Counted from the stretch's first letter, positions 20,084 to 31,215 are shown. The stretch: DNA of 64,000 nucleotides from Bdellovibrionota bacterium (GCA_965207455.1 CBDBMJ010000001.1:192001-256000), one strand, 5' to 3'. Program-made: numbers and translations. The notes: generated from the letters alone by a model not told the origin.

Positions 20084-20692
20084 CTAACCTCTTAATTCTA
20101 CTTCTAGTGTATGGAGGTACTCCTCAAATTTTTGGAGAAATACTTTTGAGCGACCGGATTGTAGATCTGAGGAATCTTTAAATACTTGGAACATCTCCTT
20201 ATAGTACCAAAAAATTTTATCAGGGGGCTGGGAAAAGATCACCCAAGCGCCGGGGCCTAGAGCTTTTATATCTCGTATAAAGGAGGACAGGTTATGGTAT
20301 TTATCGCATAAAGCAATGAGCTTGGCTTGGTTCGAGGCTTGGGAGACTTGTTGGATATAATCTTGCTTGCGTTCGTCCCAGGTATATTTATTGCCCTTGA
20401 GTTTTTCGCTCACTTCGCTAACTAATGTGGCAATGGCTGGGGAGAATCGGTTCGCTAGTTCGGACTCCTTTACGTCGCAATCCTCTATTACATCGTGGAG
20501 AAGGGCTGCGGCAGCTTGTTCTTCGGATCCACCACATTCCATAACAAATGAAGCCACAGCCATGGGGTGACTAATATAGAGGGCACGATTTCCTTTGCGA
20601 AATTGCTGGCTGTGTTTTTTTGCAGCAAAGGCGAAGGCTTGATCGAGGACGCTTGCCTGAGTGCTATTAGAGGTCGGGTTGTTGTTGGGCAT
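20084..20692 (-). CDS. HD-domain protein, Mesh1/small alarmone hydrolase-like
   Basis: FAAKKH.QQFRKG...[22 protein letters not shown]. Confidence 0.85.
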   Translation of the reverse strand: MPNNNPTSNSTQASVLDQAFAFAAKKHSQQFRKGNRALYISHPMAVASFVMECGGSEEQAAAALLHDVIEDCDVKESELANRFSPAIATLVSEVSEKLKGNKYTWDERKQDYIQQVSQASNQAKLIALCDKYHNLSSFIRDIKALGPGAWVIFSQPPDKIFWYYKEMFQVFKDSSDLQSGRSKVFLQKFEEYLHTLEVELRG

Positions 20693-22661
20693 GGTTTGTG
20701 GTTGGGCTAGTGGGCTGGGTGTTTGGAGTTTTTGTTTGTATCAATGCTTCTATGGCTGAGGGGTCGGCAAGGGTGCTGGTATCGCCTAAGTCCGTCCATT
20801 CATCTGAGGCAATTTTTTTTAAAATCCGACGCATGATTTTTCCCGATCGAGTTTTTGGTAGAACTGGTGCCCAATGGATATTGTCGGGCGTAGCAATGGG
20901 GCCAATCTCTTTACGAACGTGTTGAATAAGGGTTTGCTTGAAATCGTCGGTATAGGGAGTGGCTTGGTCGAGGGTAACATAGGCGTAAATTCCCTGACCT
21001 TTGATGGGATGGGAAAATCCCACCACCGCAGATTCTGAAACTCCCGGATGGCTTACCAATGCGTTTTCTATTTCTGCTGTTCCGAGGCGGTGACCGCTGA
21101 CATTGATCACGTCGTCCATGCGACCCGTGATCCAGTAATAGCCGTCCTTGTCTCGTCTACAACCGTCGCCAGTAAAATAATAATTATTATACGTAGAAAA
21201 ATAGGTGGCTTCAAAACGCTCATGATCTCCATAAATGGTACGCATTTGTCCGGGCCAAGAAGATTTTATGGCTAAAACACCTTTGCTCTCACCGTCGAGC
21301 TCTTTCCCACTCTCTGGGTCCAACACCACGGGCTGCACTCCAAAAAAAGGTAGGGTGGCAGAGCCGGGTTTGGTGGGAGTAGCCTGGGGTAGGGGTGCAA
21401 TGAGTATGCCTCCTGTTTCTGTCTGCCACCAAGTATCCACCACGGGGCAACGTTTGTCGCCCACAACATCGTGGTACCACTGCCAAGTGCTGGGGTTAAT
21501 GGGCTCCCCCACAGTGGCAAGCAAACGAAGGGAACTGCGCGAGTACCGGGTAACAAATTGATCTCCCTTAGCCTGTAGGGTTCGAATAACAGTGGGTGAA
21601 GTATAAAATAGGCTTACTTGGTGTTTGTCCACCACATCCCAAAAGCGACCAGCGTCCGGCCAAGTGGGAACTCCCTCAAACATAAGGGTAGTGGCCCCAT
21701 TGAGCAAAGGCCCGTAGGCAATATAACTGTGACCAGTAATCCAGCCCATGTCTGCTGTACACCAATGCACATCACTGTCCTTATGGTCGAAAATATATTT
21801 AAACGTGGTGGCCGCATACACCATATACCCACCCACGCTATGGAGTATTCCTTTGGGTTTTCCTGTGGAGCCCGAAGTATAGAGAATAAACAAAGGATCC
21901 TCGGAGTTTAACCACTCCGGCTCGTTGGATAATGGAGTTTGATTCATTTCTTCATGCCACCAGAAGTCTCTGGAGTCTATCATGGCACAAGGGAAATCTT
22001 GTTTCTCTCCTATGCGTTTTACCACGATGAAAGTGTCGATGCTCTGCCCTTGCTGTTCGCTTAACTTTGCAGCCTCGTCGGCAATGGCCTTGAGAGGAAT
22101 GGTTTTATTTTCGCGGAAGGCACCGTCAGCGGTGATAATAGTGGCACAAGAAAGGTCCACCAAACGGTCGCTAAGGGATTGGGCAGAAAAACCACCAAAC
22201 ACGATGGAGTGAATGGCTCCAATGCGAGCGCAAGCTAACGTGGCAATTAAGAGTTCGGGAATCATGGGCATATACAAAGCAATGCGCATGCCTTTTCGTA
22301 TGCCCCTGTTTTTTAGTACGTTGGCAAAACGACAAACCTCTCGATGGAGTTCCTTATAGGTAAGGGTACGACTCTCTCCCGGAGTATTGCCTTCCCATAT
22401 TAGCGCGGTTTTATCTCCCTTAGTTTCCAAGTGTCGGTCCAGACAGTTCACCGTAATATTGGTACTCCCCCCTTGAAACCAATTGACGGAAATGGGACCA
22501 GCGTTGCGGTCATAGTTATACTGACAAACCTTTTCCCATTTTTTCTTCCATTCAAAATTTTCAGCCATGGTGGCCCAAAAGGAATCCGGGTTAGCAATGG
22601 ACTCCTCATAGAGTAACTTGTATTCTCGAAAAAGTTGGGGCTGTGTTTGGTTTTGAGTCAT
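20667..22661 (-). CDS. acs: Acetyl-CoA synthetase
   Basis: [51 protein letters not shown]. Confidence 0.97.
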   Translation of the reverse strand: MTQNQTQPQLFREYKLLYEESIANPDSFWATMAENFEWKKKWEKVCQYNYDRNAGPISVNWFQGGSTNITVNCLDRHLETKGDKTALIWEGNTPGESRTLTYKELHREVCRFANVLKNRGIRKGMRIALYMPMIPELLIATLACARIGAIHSIVFGGFSAQSLSDRLVDLSCATIITADGAFRENKTIPLKAIADEAAKLSEQQGQSIDTFIVVKRIGEKQDFPCAMIDSRDFWWHEEMNQTPLSNEPEWLNSEDPLFILYTSGSTGKPKGILHSVGGYMVYAATTFKYIFDHKDSDVHWCTADMGWITGHSYIAYGPLLNGATTLMFEGVPTWPDAGRFWDVVDKHQVSLFYTSPTVIRTLQAKGDQFVTRYSRSSLRLLATVGEPINPSTWQWYHDVVGDKRCPVVDTWWQTETGGILIAPLPQATPTKPGSATLPFFGVQPVVLDPESGKELDGESKGVLAIKSSWPGQMRTIYGDHERFEATYFSTYNNYYFTGDGCRRDKDGYYWITGRMDDVINVSGHRLGTAEIENALVSHPGVSESAVVGFSHPIKGQGIYAYVTLDQATPYTDDFKQTLIQHVRKEIGPIATPDNIHWAPVLPKTRSGKIMRRILKKIASDEWTDLGDTSTLADPSAIEALIQTKTPNTQPTSPTTNHAQQQPDL

Positions 22662-22744
22662 AAGTCCCTTTTTATCCTAGTAAGGGGCTGGAAGCAAATA
22701 GGATTTTATTTTTCCGTGTATTTTAGTCAACTATTATAAGGATT

Positions 22745-22897
22745 TTGAAAAAGAAAAATATAACGGTGGTAGCGAGCTTGCTAATGATGGCTCTATGTTC
22801 AAATCTTGCTTTAGCAGGCAATGAGACGATAGTGATTCAGTGCATTATATGTGCGACAGGTGACGTTTATTATTTCAAATTAAGCTACCTCAAGTGA
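22745..22897 (+). pseudogene. Truncated 50-aa paralog of 22998..23447
   Basis: TTG start; LKKKNITVVASLLMMALCSNLALAGNETIVIQCIICATGDVYYFKLSYLK*; upstream non-coding sequence is also duplicated. Confidence 0.75.
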
Positions 22898-22997
22898 AGC
22901 AAACAAATCCTTTTTCCGTGAATTTTAGTCAACAGCTATAAGGATATTAAAAAAGAAATAGCTCATATGGTCAATCTGAGTTACGTTACGGGTCAGC

Positions 22998-23447
22998 ATG
23001 AAAAAGAAAAATATAACGATAGTAGCGAGCCTGCTAATGATGGCTCTATGTTCAAATCTTGCTTTAGCAGGAAATAAGACGTTCGAGTTTAAGTGCGCAA
23101 TGGACGACCTAGATGAAGTCTATTCTTTCAAATTAAGCTATGATGGCCAAGGAGATTTCGAAAAATCATCGAAGGGTTCTGTCCATATCAAACTTGATCA
23201 TGGTCTTAAGTCAAGTACACGAGAAGGATATAAGGCAAATTATAAGAACTGCGATTTTCACTGGCGAGAGTTCACGCTCCTCAGGTTTTGGCTTGGCACA
23301 GGATTTCCTCCTACGCTTATAGATTGTGGGTCAAATGGCGAATTATACATAGGAAATGGCTACATGGATTCTAGGTTTTCTAGCGGTCAAGATACGGGAC
23401 AACAACCCCTTAAATTTTGCTTCGAACGAGGAAGCGATTATCTATGA
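22998..23447 (+). CDS. Secreted hypothetical protein
   Basis: Signal peptide ending ALA; 4 Cys in the mature part. Confidence 0.75.
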   Translation: MKKKNITIVASLLMMALCSNLALAGNKTFEFKCAMDDLDEVYSFKLSYDGQGDFEKSSKGSVHIKLDHGLKSSTREGYKANYKNCDFHWREFTLLRFWLGTGFPPTLIDCGSNGELYIGNGYMDSRFSSGQDTGQQPLKFCFERGSDYL

Positions 23448-23498
23448 TTTCTTCCTAACTACTTCCTTGTTTTCAGGAACTGCGGTATTCTCATTTCC

Positions 23499-23840
23499 AT
23501 GAATAGGTGGTTAGAGTTTACAGAAAAAAATATAATTCATGTGCCTGTGGGCGTATTAGGAGTTTTTCAGCTAGCTCGTGGAGAAAATTGTGTGGCCTAT
23601 GTGGGTAGGGCTGATCGCTCTCTTCGCGACGTGATACAAGAACAGATGAGCAAGGGTTATACCCATTTTCAGTGGGTGTTGGTGCCTTGGACGAAGGAGG
23701 GTTTTGAGATGGAGTGTCGCTTGTACCATAGCCATGGAGGAAGGCGACATTTGGACAACAAAACGCACCCGTTGCCCCCGAGTGGCCTAGCATGGCCCTG
23801 TGAAATCCATTGTGGTCCGGTGGGCGCTTGCCCCGTATAG
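23499..23840 (+). CDS. Small GIY-YIG-like protein
   Basis: GVFQL...YVGRA..SLR pattern, later E, and a C-terminal H/C cluster. Confidence 0.55.
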   Translation: MNRWLEFTEKNIIHVPVGVLGVFQLARGENCVAYVGRADRSLRDVIQEQMSKGYTHFQWVLVPWTKEGFEMECRLYHSHGGRRHLDNKTHPLPPSGLAWPCEIHCGPVGACPV

Positions 23841-23852
23841 TTTTATACATTT

Positions 23853-24815
23853 ATGAGTGAAAAAAAAGGCAGCCATATACCTGTTTTAATGCGTGAGACG
23901 GTAGATCCTTTGGTGAAAAATGGAGGAGAGAATTATGTGGATGGCACGTTAGGAGGTGGTGGGCACCTCCATTACCTGCTAAGCCTTTTGGCTGCGAGAC
24001 CTTCGGCAAGGGTTTTTGCCATGGACCGAGATGAAGAGGCCGTTGAGCGTGTAAAAGAACGTTTCCGTGTGTTGATCGACGAGGGTCGCTTGGTGATACG
24101 TCAGGGAAATTTCACGGACTTACCCCAGTTTCTAGGTGAATACAATATAGAGTGTGTGAGTGGAGTGCTCCTAGATTTAGGTGTTTCTTCTTTTCAGTTG
24201 GATCAGGGAGAAAGGGGTTTTAGTTTTTCTAAGGATGGTCCTTTGGATATGCGTATGGATAGAACTAGGGGAGTTTCTGCCCAAGAGATTATTGCAAAAT
24301 GGAGTGCAGACGACTTAAAGCGTATTTTTCAGAAGTACGGGGAAGAACGTTATAGTGGACGAGTGGCCCGGAGAATTGTGGAGTACAGGGAAAAAACTCC
24401 CATAGAAACCACTGGGCAATTAACAGGTATTTTGACGAAAGCAGTGCCATCCCGTGGGCCCAAGGGGTACTATAAAATCCATCCTGCCACAAGAGTATTT
24501 CAGGCGTTAAGAATTGCTGTAAACGGAGAATTGGAATCTTTAGAGAAGTTTTTAGAACTTGTACCTGATATACTGGAACCTAACGGGGTTATGTCCATTA
24601 TTTCTTTTCATTCGTTGGAGGATCGTTTGGTAAAGCAGCGTTTTCATCATTTAAGTGCGGATTGTGTTTGTCCTCTTGAAGTGTTGACATGCGATCGTTG
24701 CCATAAGCCCCCGGGGGTATTGCCATCAAAAAAGCTTATCGTGGCAACGAGGGAGGAGATTTTAGAAAACCCTAGAGCTAGGAGCGCTAAGCTTCGGGTT
24801 TTTGTAAAAAATTAA
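23853..24815 (+). CDS. rsmH: 16S rRNA m4C1402 methyltransferase
   Basis: HIPVL, DGTLGGGGH, DLGVSSFQLD, HPATRVFQALRIAVN, NPRARSAKLR. Confidence 0.97.
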   Translation: MSEKKGSHIPVLMRETVDPLVKNGGENYVDGTLGGGGHLHYLLSLLAARPSARVFAMDRDEEAVERVKERFRVLIDEGRLVIRQGNFTDLPQFLGEYNIECVSGVLLDLGVSSFQLDQGERGFSFSKDGPLDMRMDRTRGVSAQEIIAKWSADDLKRIFQKYGEERYSGRVARRIVEYREKTPIETTGQLTGILTKAVPSRGPKGYYKIHPATRVFQALRIAVNGELESLEKFLELVPDILEPNGVMSIISFHSLEDRLVKQRFHHLSADCVCPLEVLTCDRCHKPPGVLPSKKLIVATREEILENPRARSAKLRVFVKN

Positions 24816-24830
24816 AGGAGATGGAGAGTT

Positions 24831-25145
24831 TTGGGAACGTACCGGAGATCAAATAATTCTAATCCCATTCGTTTATATACGTTTGTATTTTGTGTAACTC
24901 TGATCACGCTTTTTTTTGTTTGGACTCGATTGCAAAATATACGCCTTCAGCGGGAGATAGCAAAACTCACGAAAGAGGAACATAAGTTGCGATCTCAGAA
25001 TAAAAAGCTTCGTTTGCAGTGGGCGAGCTTGACCTCCCCAGAGAGATTAGAGAAAATTGGAGTAAAGAAGTATAAACTACGCTCACCGAGGGTGGACCAA
25101 GTAATTATTTTACGAGACTCTCAACAAGAGGGGTTAGAAAGGTAA
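24831..25145 (+). CDS. ftsL: Cell division protein FtsL
   Basis: TM helix plus coiled coil with SPERLE; lies between rsmH and ftsI. Confidence 0.85.
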   Translation: MGTYRRSNNSNPIRLYTFVFCVTLITLFFVWTRLQNIRLQREIAKLTKEEHKLRSQNKKLRLQWASLTSPERLEKIGVKKYKLRSPRVDQVIILRDSQQEGLER

Positions 25146-25163
25146 GAGAAGAGAGCTCAACAA

Positions 25164-27137
25164 ATGGATAAAAATTTTCGCACTCGTCTTAGTCTTTGTT
25201 TTTTTGTAGTGGCTCTCTTAGGGGTATGTGTGATTGTCCGATCAGGTATGCTCACCCTTATTCCCTCTAAACGTTTAGGGGCAATGATGGCCAAACAGTT
25301 TCGCAATCCTCCCAAGCCTAAGCCGGAGAGAGGTTTAATTTTAGACAGGAATCGGGAACCCCTTGCGGTGAGTTTAATTGTTCGTTCTCTGTATGCCCAC
25401 CCGGATAAAATTATTCACAAAAAAAAGTTATCCAGAGTGTTGGCAAAAATTTTTAAAGCCAGAACGGCGAGCATAAGTAAAAAGATCAGGGGGAAAAAGA
25501 AATTTGTTTGGATAAAGCGTAGGATTAGTAAAAAAGAGGAGGAAGCTATACGTGCTCTATGGAGAAAGGATCCCCGTTTAAGGCTTGCCATTAATTTCAT
25601 CAAAGAGGGAAAACGTTTCTACCCCAACCAGCAACTTGCTTCCCATGTTTTAGGGTTTGTGGGTGTGGAGTCTCAGGGCTTAGAGGGTTTGGAGTATTTA
25701 TATGATAAAAAAATATCGGGTATATCGGGAACATTGTCACAGGGAGAGAGAAAAAATCAAACCCTAGTTCTCACACTGGATAAGAACCTACAGCATGCTG
25801 TGGAAAAAGAATTGCGACAGGGAATAGAGGATGCAGGTGCAAGATCGGGGACGGCTATTGTAATGGACGCATCCACGGGAGATATTCGTGCCATGGCTTC
25901 TTTTCCAACCTATAATCCCAATGACTTCAATCCGAATAAGAGAGAGTTGATGCGCAACCGGGCTATTTCTCAGACCTTTGAGCCGGGATCCACCCTAAAA
26001 TCGTTAGTGGCACTGGCAGCGTTGGAGGAAAGAATTGCTCTTCCTGGGACGAAGTTTTTTTGTGAGATGGGACGTATGAAAGTGGGCAAGCACTGGATAC
26101 GGGAATCTCAGAGCGATCATAAATGGGGTTGGCTTAGTGTGAAGGACATATTGAAATTTTCCAGCAATGTGGGAGCCACCAAGATTGGTTTTCGTTTGGG
26201 TGCAAAGAAGTTGGACCATTGGTTGCGAGTTCAAAAGTTTGGGGTAAAGACGGGAGTGGATCTTCCTGGGGAAGAGAATGGTTTTTTGCGTCCGTATGGA
26301 AAGTGGTCTCAGGTGGCTTTGAGTAATATTTCTTTTGGTCAGGGTTTAAGTGTTACTCCTTTGCAGCTTGTGCGTGCCTATGCCATTATTGCCAATGGAG
26401 GATTTTTAGTGCGACCCAGAATTGTGGAGTATATAGAGGATTCTAGGGGAAAAATACTGGAGAGAATGCCCATAGAGGTTTCCCGGGTGGTTAAGGAATC
26501 CTCGGCGCAACAGATGCAGGAAATGTTGGTGACGGTGACCCAAGAGGGTGGCACGGGTACAAAAGCCAGTATCCCTGGCTTTGAAATTGGAGGAAAAACT
26601 GGCACGGCACAAGTGGCAGAGCGAGGAAAGGGTTATGTAAAGGAAAGATATGTAGCAAGCTTTATAGGTTTTCCACGACGTACAAAATCTAACTTGGTTG
26701 CCCTTGTGGTGATCTGGGATCCAAAGCTTACACAAATATTCGGAGGAGAGGTTGCTGCTCCCATATTTCAAAAAATCATGAGAGTGGCCTTAGCTTTGGA
26801 GGGAGAGCCCAAGAATATGTTGGAGAAAATAGTGCCAAAAAGCCCACCAGAAGTATCAGAGAGAAAGCTAAGAGCTGCAGCTCTAGCAGCCATTCGCACA
26901 GTTCAAAAAACAGTTCAAAAAACAGTCCAGCCCCCTCTCCCCCCAAACTCCTCCCTACGCATGCCCAACCTCCTGGGTTCCAATGCAAGAACTGTCCTAG
27001 ATATCTTTCATAAAAAAAATATACAATTAAAGGTAAGGGGCCATGGCGTGGTGGTGAGACAGTACCCGGCAGCGGGAAGTATTTTTCGTTCGGGAGATAC
27101 TATTTCTGTTACACTTAGTCCTGTGGATACATTGTAG
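25164..27137 (+). CDS. ftsI: PBP3 transpeptidase with C-terminal PASTA domain
   Basis: EPGSTLK, SSN, KTGT motifs; MPNLLG PASTA. Confidence 0.95.
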   Translation: MDKNFRTRLSLCFFVVALLGVCVIVRSGMLTLIPSKRLGAMMAKQFRNPPKPKPERGLILDRNREPLAVSLIVRSLYAHPDKIIHKKKLSRVLAKIFKARTASISKKIRGKKKFVWIKRRISKKEEEAIRALWRKDPRLRLAINFIKEGKRFYPNQQLASHVLGFVGVESQGLEGLEYLYDKKISGISGTLSQGERKNQTLVLTLDKNLQHAVEKELRQGIEDAGARSGTAIVMDASTGDIRAMASFPTYNPNDFNPNKRELMRNRAISQTFEPGSTLKSLVALAALEERIALPGTKFFCEMGRMKVGKHWIRESQSDHKWGWLSVKDILKFSSNVGATKIGFRLGAKKLDHWLRVQKFGVKTGVDLPGEENGFLRPYGKWSQVALSNISFGQGLSVTPLQLVRAYAIIANGGFLVRPRIVEYIEDSRGKILERMPIEVSRVVKESSAQQMQEMLVTVTQEGGTGTKASIPGFEIGGKTGTAQVAERGKGYVKERYVASFIGFPRRTKSNLVALVVIWDPKLTQIFGGEVAAPIFQKIMRVALALEGEPKNMLEKIVPKSPPEVSERKLRAAALAAIRTVQKTVQKTVQPPLPPNSSLRMPNLLGSNARTVLDIFHKKNIQLKVRGHGVVVRQYPAAGSIFRSGDTISVTLSPVDTL

Positions 27138-28670
27138 ATGAAATTGCATGATATTTTCCATACTATCGAGATAAAACGTCATTCCCATGATTGGGAGTCC
27201 AATCCTTCTATCAATGCTCTTTCTTTTCATTCTAAAAAGGTGAAAAAGGGAGGATTATTTTTTGCCATTCGTGGTTATGAGGTGGATGGGCATGATTTTT
27301 TAACCCAAGCATTTAAAAATGGTGCGAGTCTTGCGGTGGTGGAAGAGTTGGAAAAAGTAGATAAAGCGTATCAATCCGAATGCATTGTGGTAGAAAATTC
27401 TCGAAAGGTACTTGCCTATGCCAGTGCGAATTTTTTTCGTCATCCCACAAGAGAGTTGACGTTAGTGGGGGTAACGGGCACGAATGGAAAAACTAGTTGT
27501 GTGCATATTTTAGATTCCATTTTCAAAGCTGCGGGACACATAACGGCTTTAATGGGAACAGTTCAGAGTTCGTACTTAGATTATGTGCACCTATCTGATC
27601 ATACCACGAGAGAGTCTCTTGAAATTCAGAGTTTTTTGCGTAAAGCAGTGGATAGTGGTGTGGATATGGCGATCATGGAAATCTCTTCCCATGCGTTGAG
27701 TTTATTTCGAGTGAATGCCTGTGAATTTGATGCTGTCCTATTTACAAATTTAGATTTAGATCACCAGGATTTTTATAAGGGTATAGAGCCATATTTCCAG
27801 GCAAAGCTGGAATTATTTACAAAATTTAACGAGCCGTTTGACGGTGTTCCTTCCAAAAAGAACATTGTGGGCATTAGTAATTTCGATGATACTTATGGCC
27901 GAAGGGTGCTAAAAGAAGCAAACATTCCCATGAAGAGTTTTAGTTTTTTCCGATCGGACGATGGAATACACTATGGAGTTTCTCAATGGAAAATGGATAC
28001 TAGTGGTATGGAGGGAGTTATCAATCGTGATGATGGTTCTCAAATAAAAGTTAAGAGTGCCTTGACCACAACATTTAATTCCATGAATATTCTAGCTTCT
28101 GCTGCCACAGCATCTGTTATGGGTGTATCCAACAGTCATGTTTCTCAGGGTATTGAGGATACAAAAGAACTACCTGGGCGATTATTAAAGGTACCCACCA
28201 CCTTGCCTTACGATGTTTTCATTGATTTCGCCCATAGTGGTACGGCTCTCTATAGTGTATTAAAAGAGCTTCGCGCCATTTGTGTTGGTAAACTTATTGC
28301 TGTTTTTGGTGCGGGTGGAGATAAGGATCCTTTGCGACGGGTTCTTATGGGAGAAGCTTCTGCAAAATTTGCCAACATTGCCATTATAACAACAGATAAT
28401 CCACGCAGAGAAGATCCACAGGAAATTATCGAAGCCATTACCACTTCTTGGAGAGCCTATGCTCGTAAGAATAAACTTCAAGGGGAATTGATCGTGGAAG
28501 CGGATAGGGAGCAAGCCATTCGGCGAGCTATTTTTTTAGCGAAAGAAAAGGATGTTATATGTATTGCGGGTAAGGGTCATGAACGGGTGCAAATCGTTGG
28601 AGACAAGCTAATTCCATTCGACGATAGGGAAGTAGCTGAAAAAGCTTTGAGGGAGTTAGAGAATGTTTAA
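27138..28670 (+). CDS. murE: UDP-MurNAc-dipeptide:meso-DAP ligase
   Basis: GVTGTNGKT, MEISSH, DFAH, DNPR, IAGKGHE. Confidence 0.95.
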   Translation: MKLHDIFHTIEIKRHSHDWESNPSINALSFHSKKVKKGGLFFAIRGYEVDGHDFLTQAFKNGASLAVVEELEKVDKAYQSECIVVENSRKVLAYASANFFRHPTRELTLVGVTGTNGKTSCVHILDSIFKAAGHITALMGTVQSSYLDYVHLSDHTTRESLEIQSFLRKAVDSGVDMAIMEISSHALSLFRVNACEFDAVLFTNLDLDHQDFYKGIEPYFQAKLELFTKFNEPFDGVPSKKNIVGISNFDDTYGRRVLKEANIPMKSFSFFRSDDGIHYGVSQWKMDTSGMEGVINRDDGSQIKVKSALTTTFNSMNILASAATASVMGVSNSHVSQGIEDTKELPGRLLKVPTTLPYDVFIDFAHSGTALYSVLKELRAICVGKLIAVFGAGGDKDPLRRVLMGEASAKFANIAIITTDNPRREDPQEIIEAITTSWRAYARKNKLQGELIVEADREQAIRRAIFLAKEKDVICIAGKGHERVQIVGDKLIPFDDREVAEKALRELENV

Positions 28671-30129
28671 ATTGATGGATGGAGTGCCCATAGCACAAGC
28701 TAATATCGTCAATAAAAGAGGAACTTTTGATGATAGCATTCGAATGGGCTCCTTGCAGTTCGATAGTCGTCGCTTAAAAAAAGGCGAGATATTTGTGGTC
28801 ATTGATGGAGAGGGTAGCAAAGATAGGTATGAGCACATAGAAGATGCCATTCAAAAAGGTTCTCCCATTACATTAATCAGCGAAAAAATTTGGTCGCATA
28901 TTTCTCCCAGCTTTCAAGAAAATCTTCTCAAGAGAACGGTTATTCTGTCCTGTAAGAACTCAAAAAAGAGTATGGGCTTGTTGGCTTCCGCTTGGAGAGA
29001 ACGATTTTCCATTCCAGTGTTTGGGGTTACGGGAAGTAACGGCAAAACAACCACAAAAGATATGCTGGGATATATTTTATCCACATTGATCAGTGGCAAG
29101 GACTCCGTTTTGGTATCCGAGAGTAGTTTTAATAATGATATTGGCTTGCCCCTAACTCTTTCGAAATTGAAAAACAAGCACAAGGTTGTCCTACTAGAAA
29201 TGGGCACGAATCATTTTGGAGAGTTGGCATATTTGTCGGAAATTGCCAAACCCAATGGAGCTTTAATTACTAATATTGGGGATAGTCACTTGGAGTTTTT
29301 ATCCGATAGGCGAGGGGTTTGGGAAGCTAAAAAAGAGCTTATTGAGGGTTTAAGGGGAGAGAAAAAAAGTTGGTTTGTGAACTACGATGATCCCATTCTC
29401 AGGCGAGCAAGCGAGCAGGAGTTTCTTAATGTGGAGAAAATTGCATTTTCTCGTCGAGACTCAGATGTAGACTATTACGTGCGAGTGATGGATAAGCTAG
29501 GTAGAAATAATAATTTTGGATACAGGGTTCGCTTCTCTGGAAAACGTATGAATAACTATGTGGAATCAAAAATATGCTTCCCTGGCTTGCATAATATCCA
29601 GAACGCAGCAGCAACATTTGCTATTGCTGTTGACTATTTTCAATTGGATCCAGAGGCAGTTGTCAGGGCTATGGAAGGCATGCCCCTTCCACCCAATCGA
29701 GCCAAGGTTATTTCTTTAAGGAGTGGTGCATTTATTTTTAGTGATTGCTATAACGCAAACCCATCCTCCATGGAGGCAGCATTGCAGATGGTGGCTGATT
29801 CTTCCGACGGGAATTTTTATGTGGCCCTAGGGGAGTTGCTAGAGATGGGGGTGGATAGAGAAAGGCGACACCAGATTTTAGGTCAGGAAATTGCCCGCAG
29901 TGGAGCCAAGGGGCTGGGCGTTTGTGGAACCTACTCCCAAGCGGTAGCAAAGGGAGCCATGGAGGAGGGAATGGAGGAAAAAAATATTTTTTTAGGCAAG
30001 GAGCCTCAGCTCCTATTGGATTTTTTCAATGAAAGGCTGAAAACGGGTAGTGGATTTCTTCTTGTAAAAGGTTCAAGAGGGGCAAGGATGGAGAGGCTTG
30101 TTGACATTCTTGTTGAAAATCAGAAATAA
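28663..30129 (+). CDS. murF: UDP-MurNAc-tripeptide:D-Ala-D-Ala ligase
   Basis: GSNGKTTTK, NNDIG, EMGTNH, DCYNANP, KGSRG. Confidence 0.95.
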   Translation: MFKLMDGVPIAQANIVNKRGTFDDSIRMGSLQFDSRRLKKGEIFVVIDGEGSKDRYEHIEDAIQKGSPITLISEKIWSHISPSFQENLLKRTVILSCKNSKKSMGLLASAWRERFSIPVFGVTGSNGKTTTKDMLGYILSTLISGKDSVLVSESSFNNDIGLPLTLSKLKNKHKVVLLEMGTNHFGELAYLSEIAKPNGALITNIGDSHLEFLSDRRGVWEAKKELIEGLRGEKKSWFVNYDDPILRRASEQEFLNVEKIAFSRRDSDVDYYVRVMDKLGRNNNFGYRVRFSGKRMNNYVESKICFPGLHNIQNAAATFAIAVDYFQLDPEAVVRAMEGMPLPPNRAKVISLRSGAFIFSDCYNANPSSMEAALQMVADSSDGNFYVALGELLEMGVDRERRHQILGQEIARSGAKGLGVCGTYSQAVAKGAMEEGMEEKNIFLGKEPQLLLDFFNERLKTGSGFLLVKGSRGARMERLVDILVENQK

Positions 30130-30138
30130 TAGGCGAAG

Positions 30139-31215
30139 ATGCTATATCATTTTTTTTATTCATTAGCTGAGGACATTTCAGCGTTTAATGTATTCAAGTA
30201 CATTAGTTTTCGCTCAGTGGGTGCTGCCGTAACAGCCCTTTTAGCCTCTCTATTAGTAGGACCCTGGTTTATTCGAAAGTTGAGAGCCATGAGCTTGCAG
30301 CAGGTTGTGAGACAGGAGGGTCCAGCCACACACTACAAGAAAAAGGATACTCCCACGATGGGAGGGGGAATGATTCTCTTCGCACTTACGCTATCTGTTC
30401 TGCTTTGGTCGGATCTTTCCAATCCGGCTATATGGATTGTATTATTTTTAACTCTTTCCTATGGAATTTTGGGTTGGATGGATGATTACTTGAAAATTGT
30501 CAAAGGTAATACCTCGGGAGTGTCGGGAAAGCGAAAACTAGGGTTTCAGGTAGTGGTGGCTTCTGTGACGGTTTGGCTACTGGTTCATTATATGGGGATT
30601 GGAGAGACGCTACACTTCCCCTTCTTTAAAGATATTTCTTTGGACCTGGGTTGGTTGTTCTATCCTTTTTGTGTGCTGGTGATTGTGGGTAGTTCCAATG
30701 CGGTTAATTTAACCGACGGTCTGGACGGCTTGGCAACAGGGTCTTTAGTGATTAGCTTGGCAACACTGATGGCTCTCACCTACCTGGCTGGTCACGTAGA
30801 ATTTGCCTCTTACTTGGATATTCCCTATGTACCGGGTACGGGAGAGCTATCTATTTTTTGTGCTGCTGCCCTTGCCGCAGGATTGGGTTTTCTCTGGTAT
30901 AACGCATACCCGGCACAAGTATTTATGGGCGATGTGGGGAGTTTATCCTTGGGAGGGGCCATGGGCACATTGGCAATAGCCACAAGGAATGAAATGCTGC
31001 TACCCATAATTGGAGGGATATTCGTTATAGAGACAGTCTCCGTAATTATTCAGGTTTTGGTATTTAAAAGAACGGGAAAGAGGGTTTTTCGCATGGCGCC
31101 TATTCACCACCATTATGAGATGATGGGAATTGCTGAGTCTAAAATCACGGTACGGGGATGGATTATTTCTGTTTTACTGGCGATTGTGGCACTATCCACA
31201 TTGAAACTTCGTTAG
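30139..31215 (+). CDS. mraY: Phospho-MurNAc-pentapeptide transferase
   Basis: TPTMGG, NAVNLTDGLDGL, FMGDVGS, MAPIHHH. Confidence 0.97.
   Translation: MLYHFFYSLAEDISAFNVFKYISFRSVGAAVTALLASLLVGPWFIRKLRAMSLQQVVRQEGPATHYKKKDTPTMGGGMILFALTLSVLLWSDLSNPAIWIVLFLTLSYGILGWMDDYLKIVKGNTSGVSGKRKLGFQVVVASVTVWLLVHYMGIGETLHFPFFKDISLDLGWLFYPFCVLVIVGSSNAVNLTDGLDGLATGSLVISLATLMALTYLAGHVEFASYLDIPYVPGTGELSIFCAAALAAGLGFLWYNAYPAQVFMGDVGSLSLGGAMGTLAIATRNEMLLPIIGGIFVIETVSVIIQVLVFKRTGKRVFRMAPIHHHYEMMGIAESKITVRGWIISVLLAIVALSTLKLR

Noticed and set aside
22745..23142. Template/variable repeat pair of a diversity-generating retroelement
   Set aside because: Differences are not restricted to adenines and no reverse transcriptase is present in the window.
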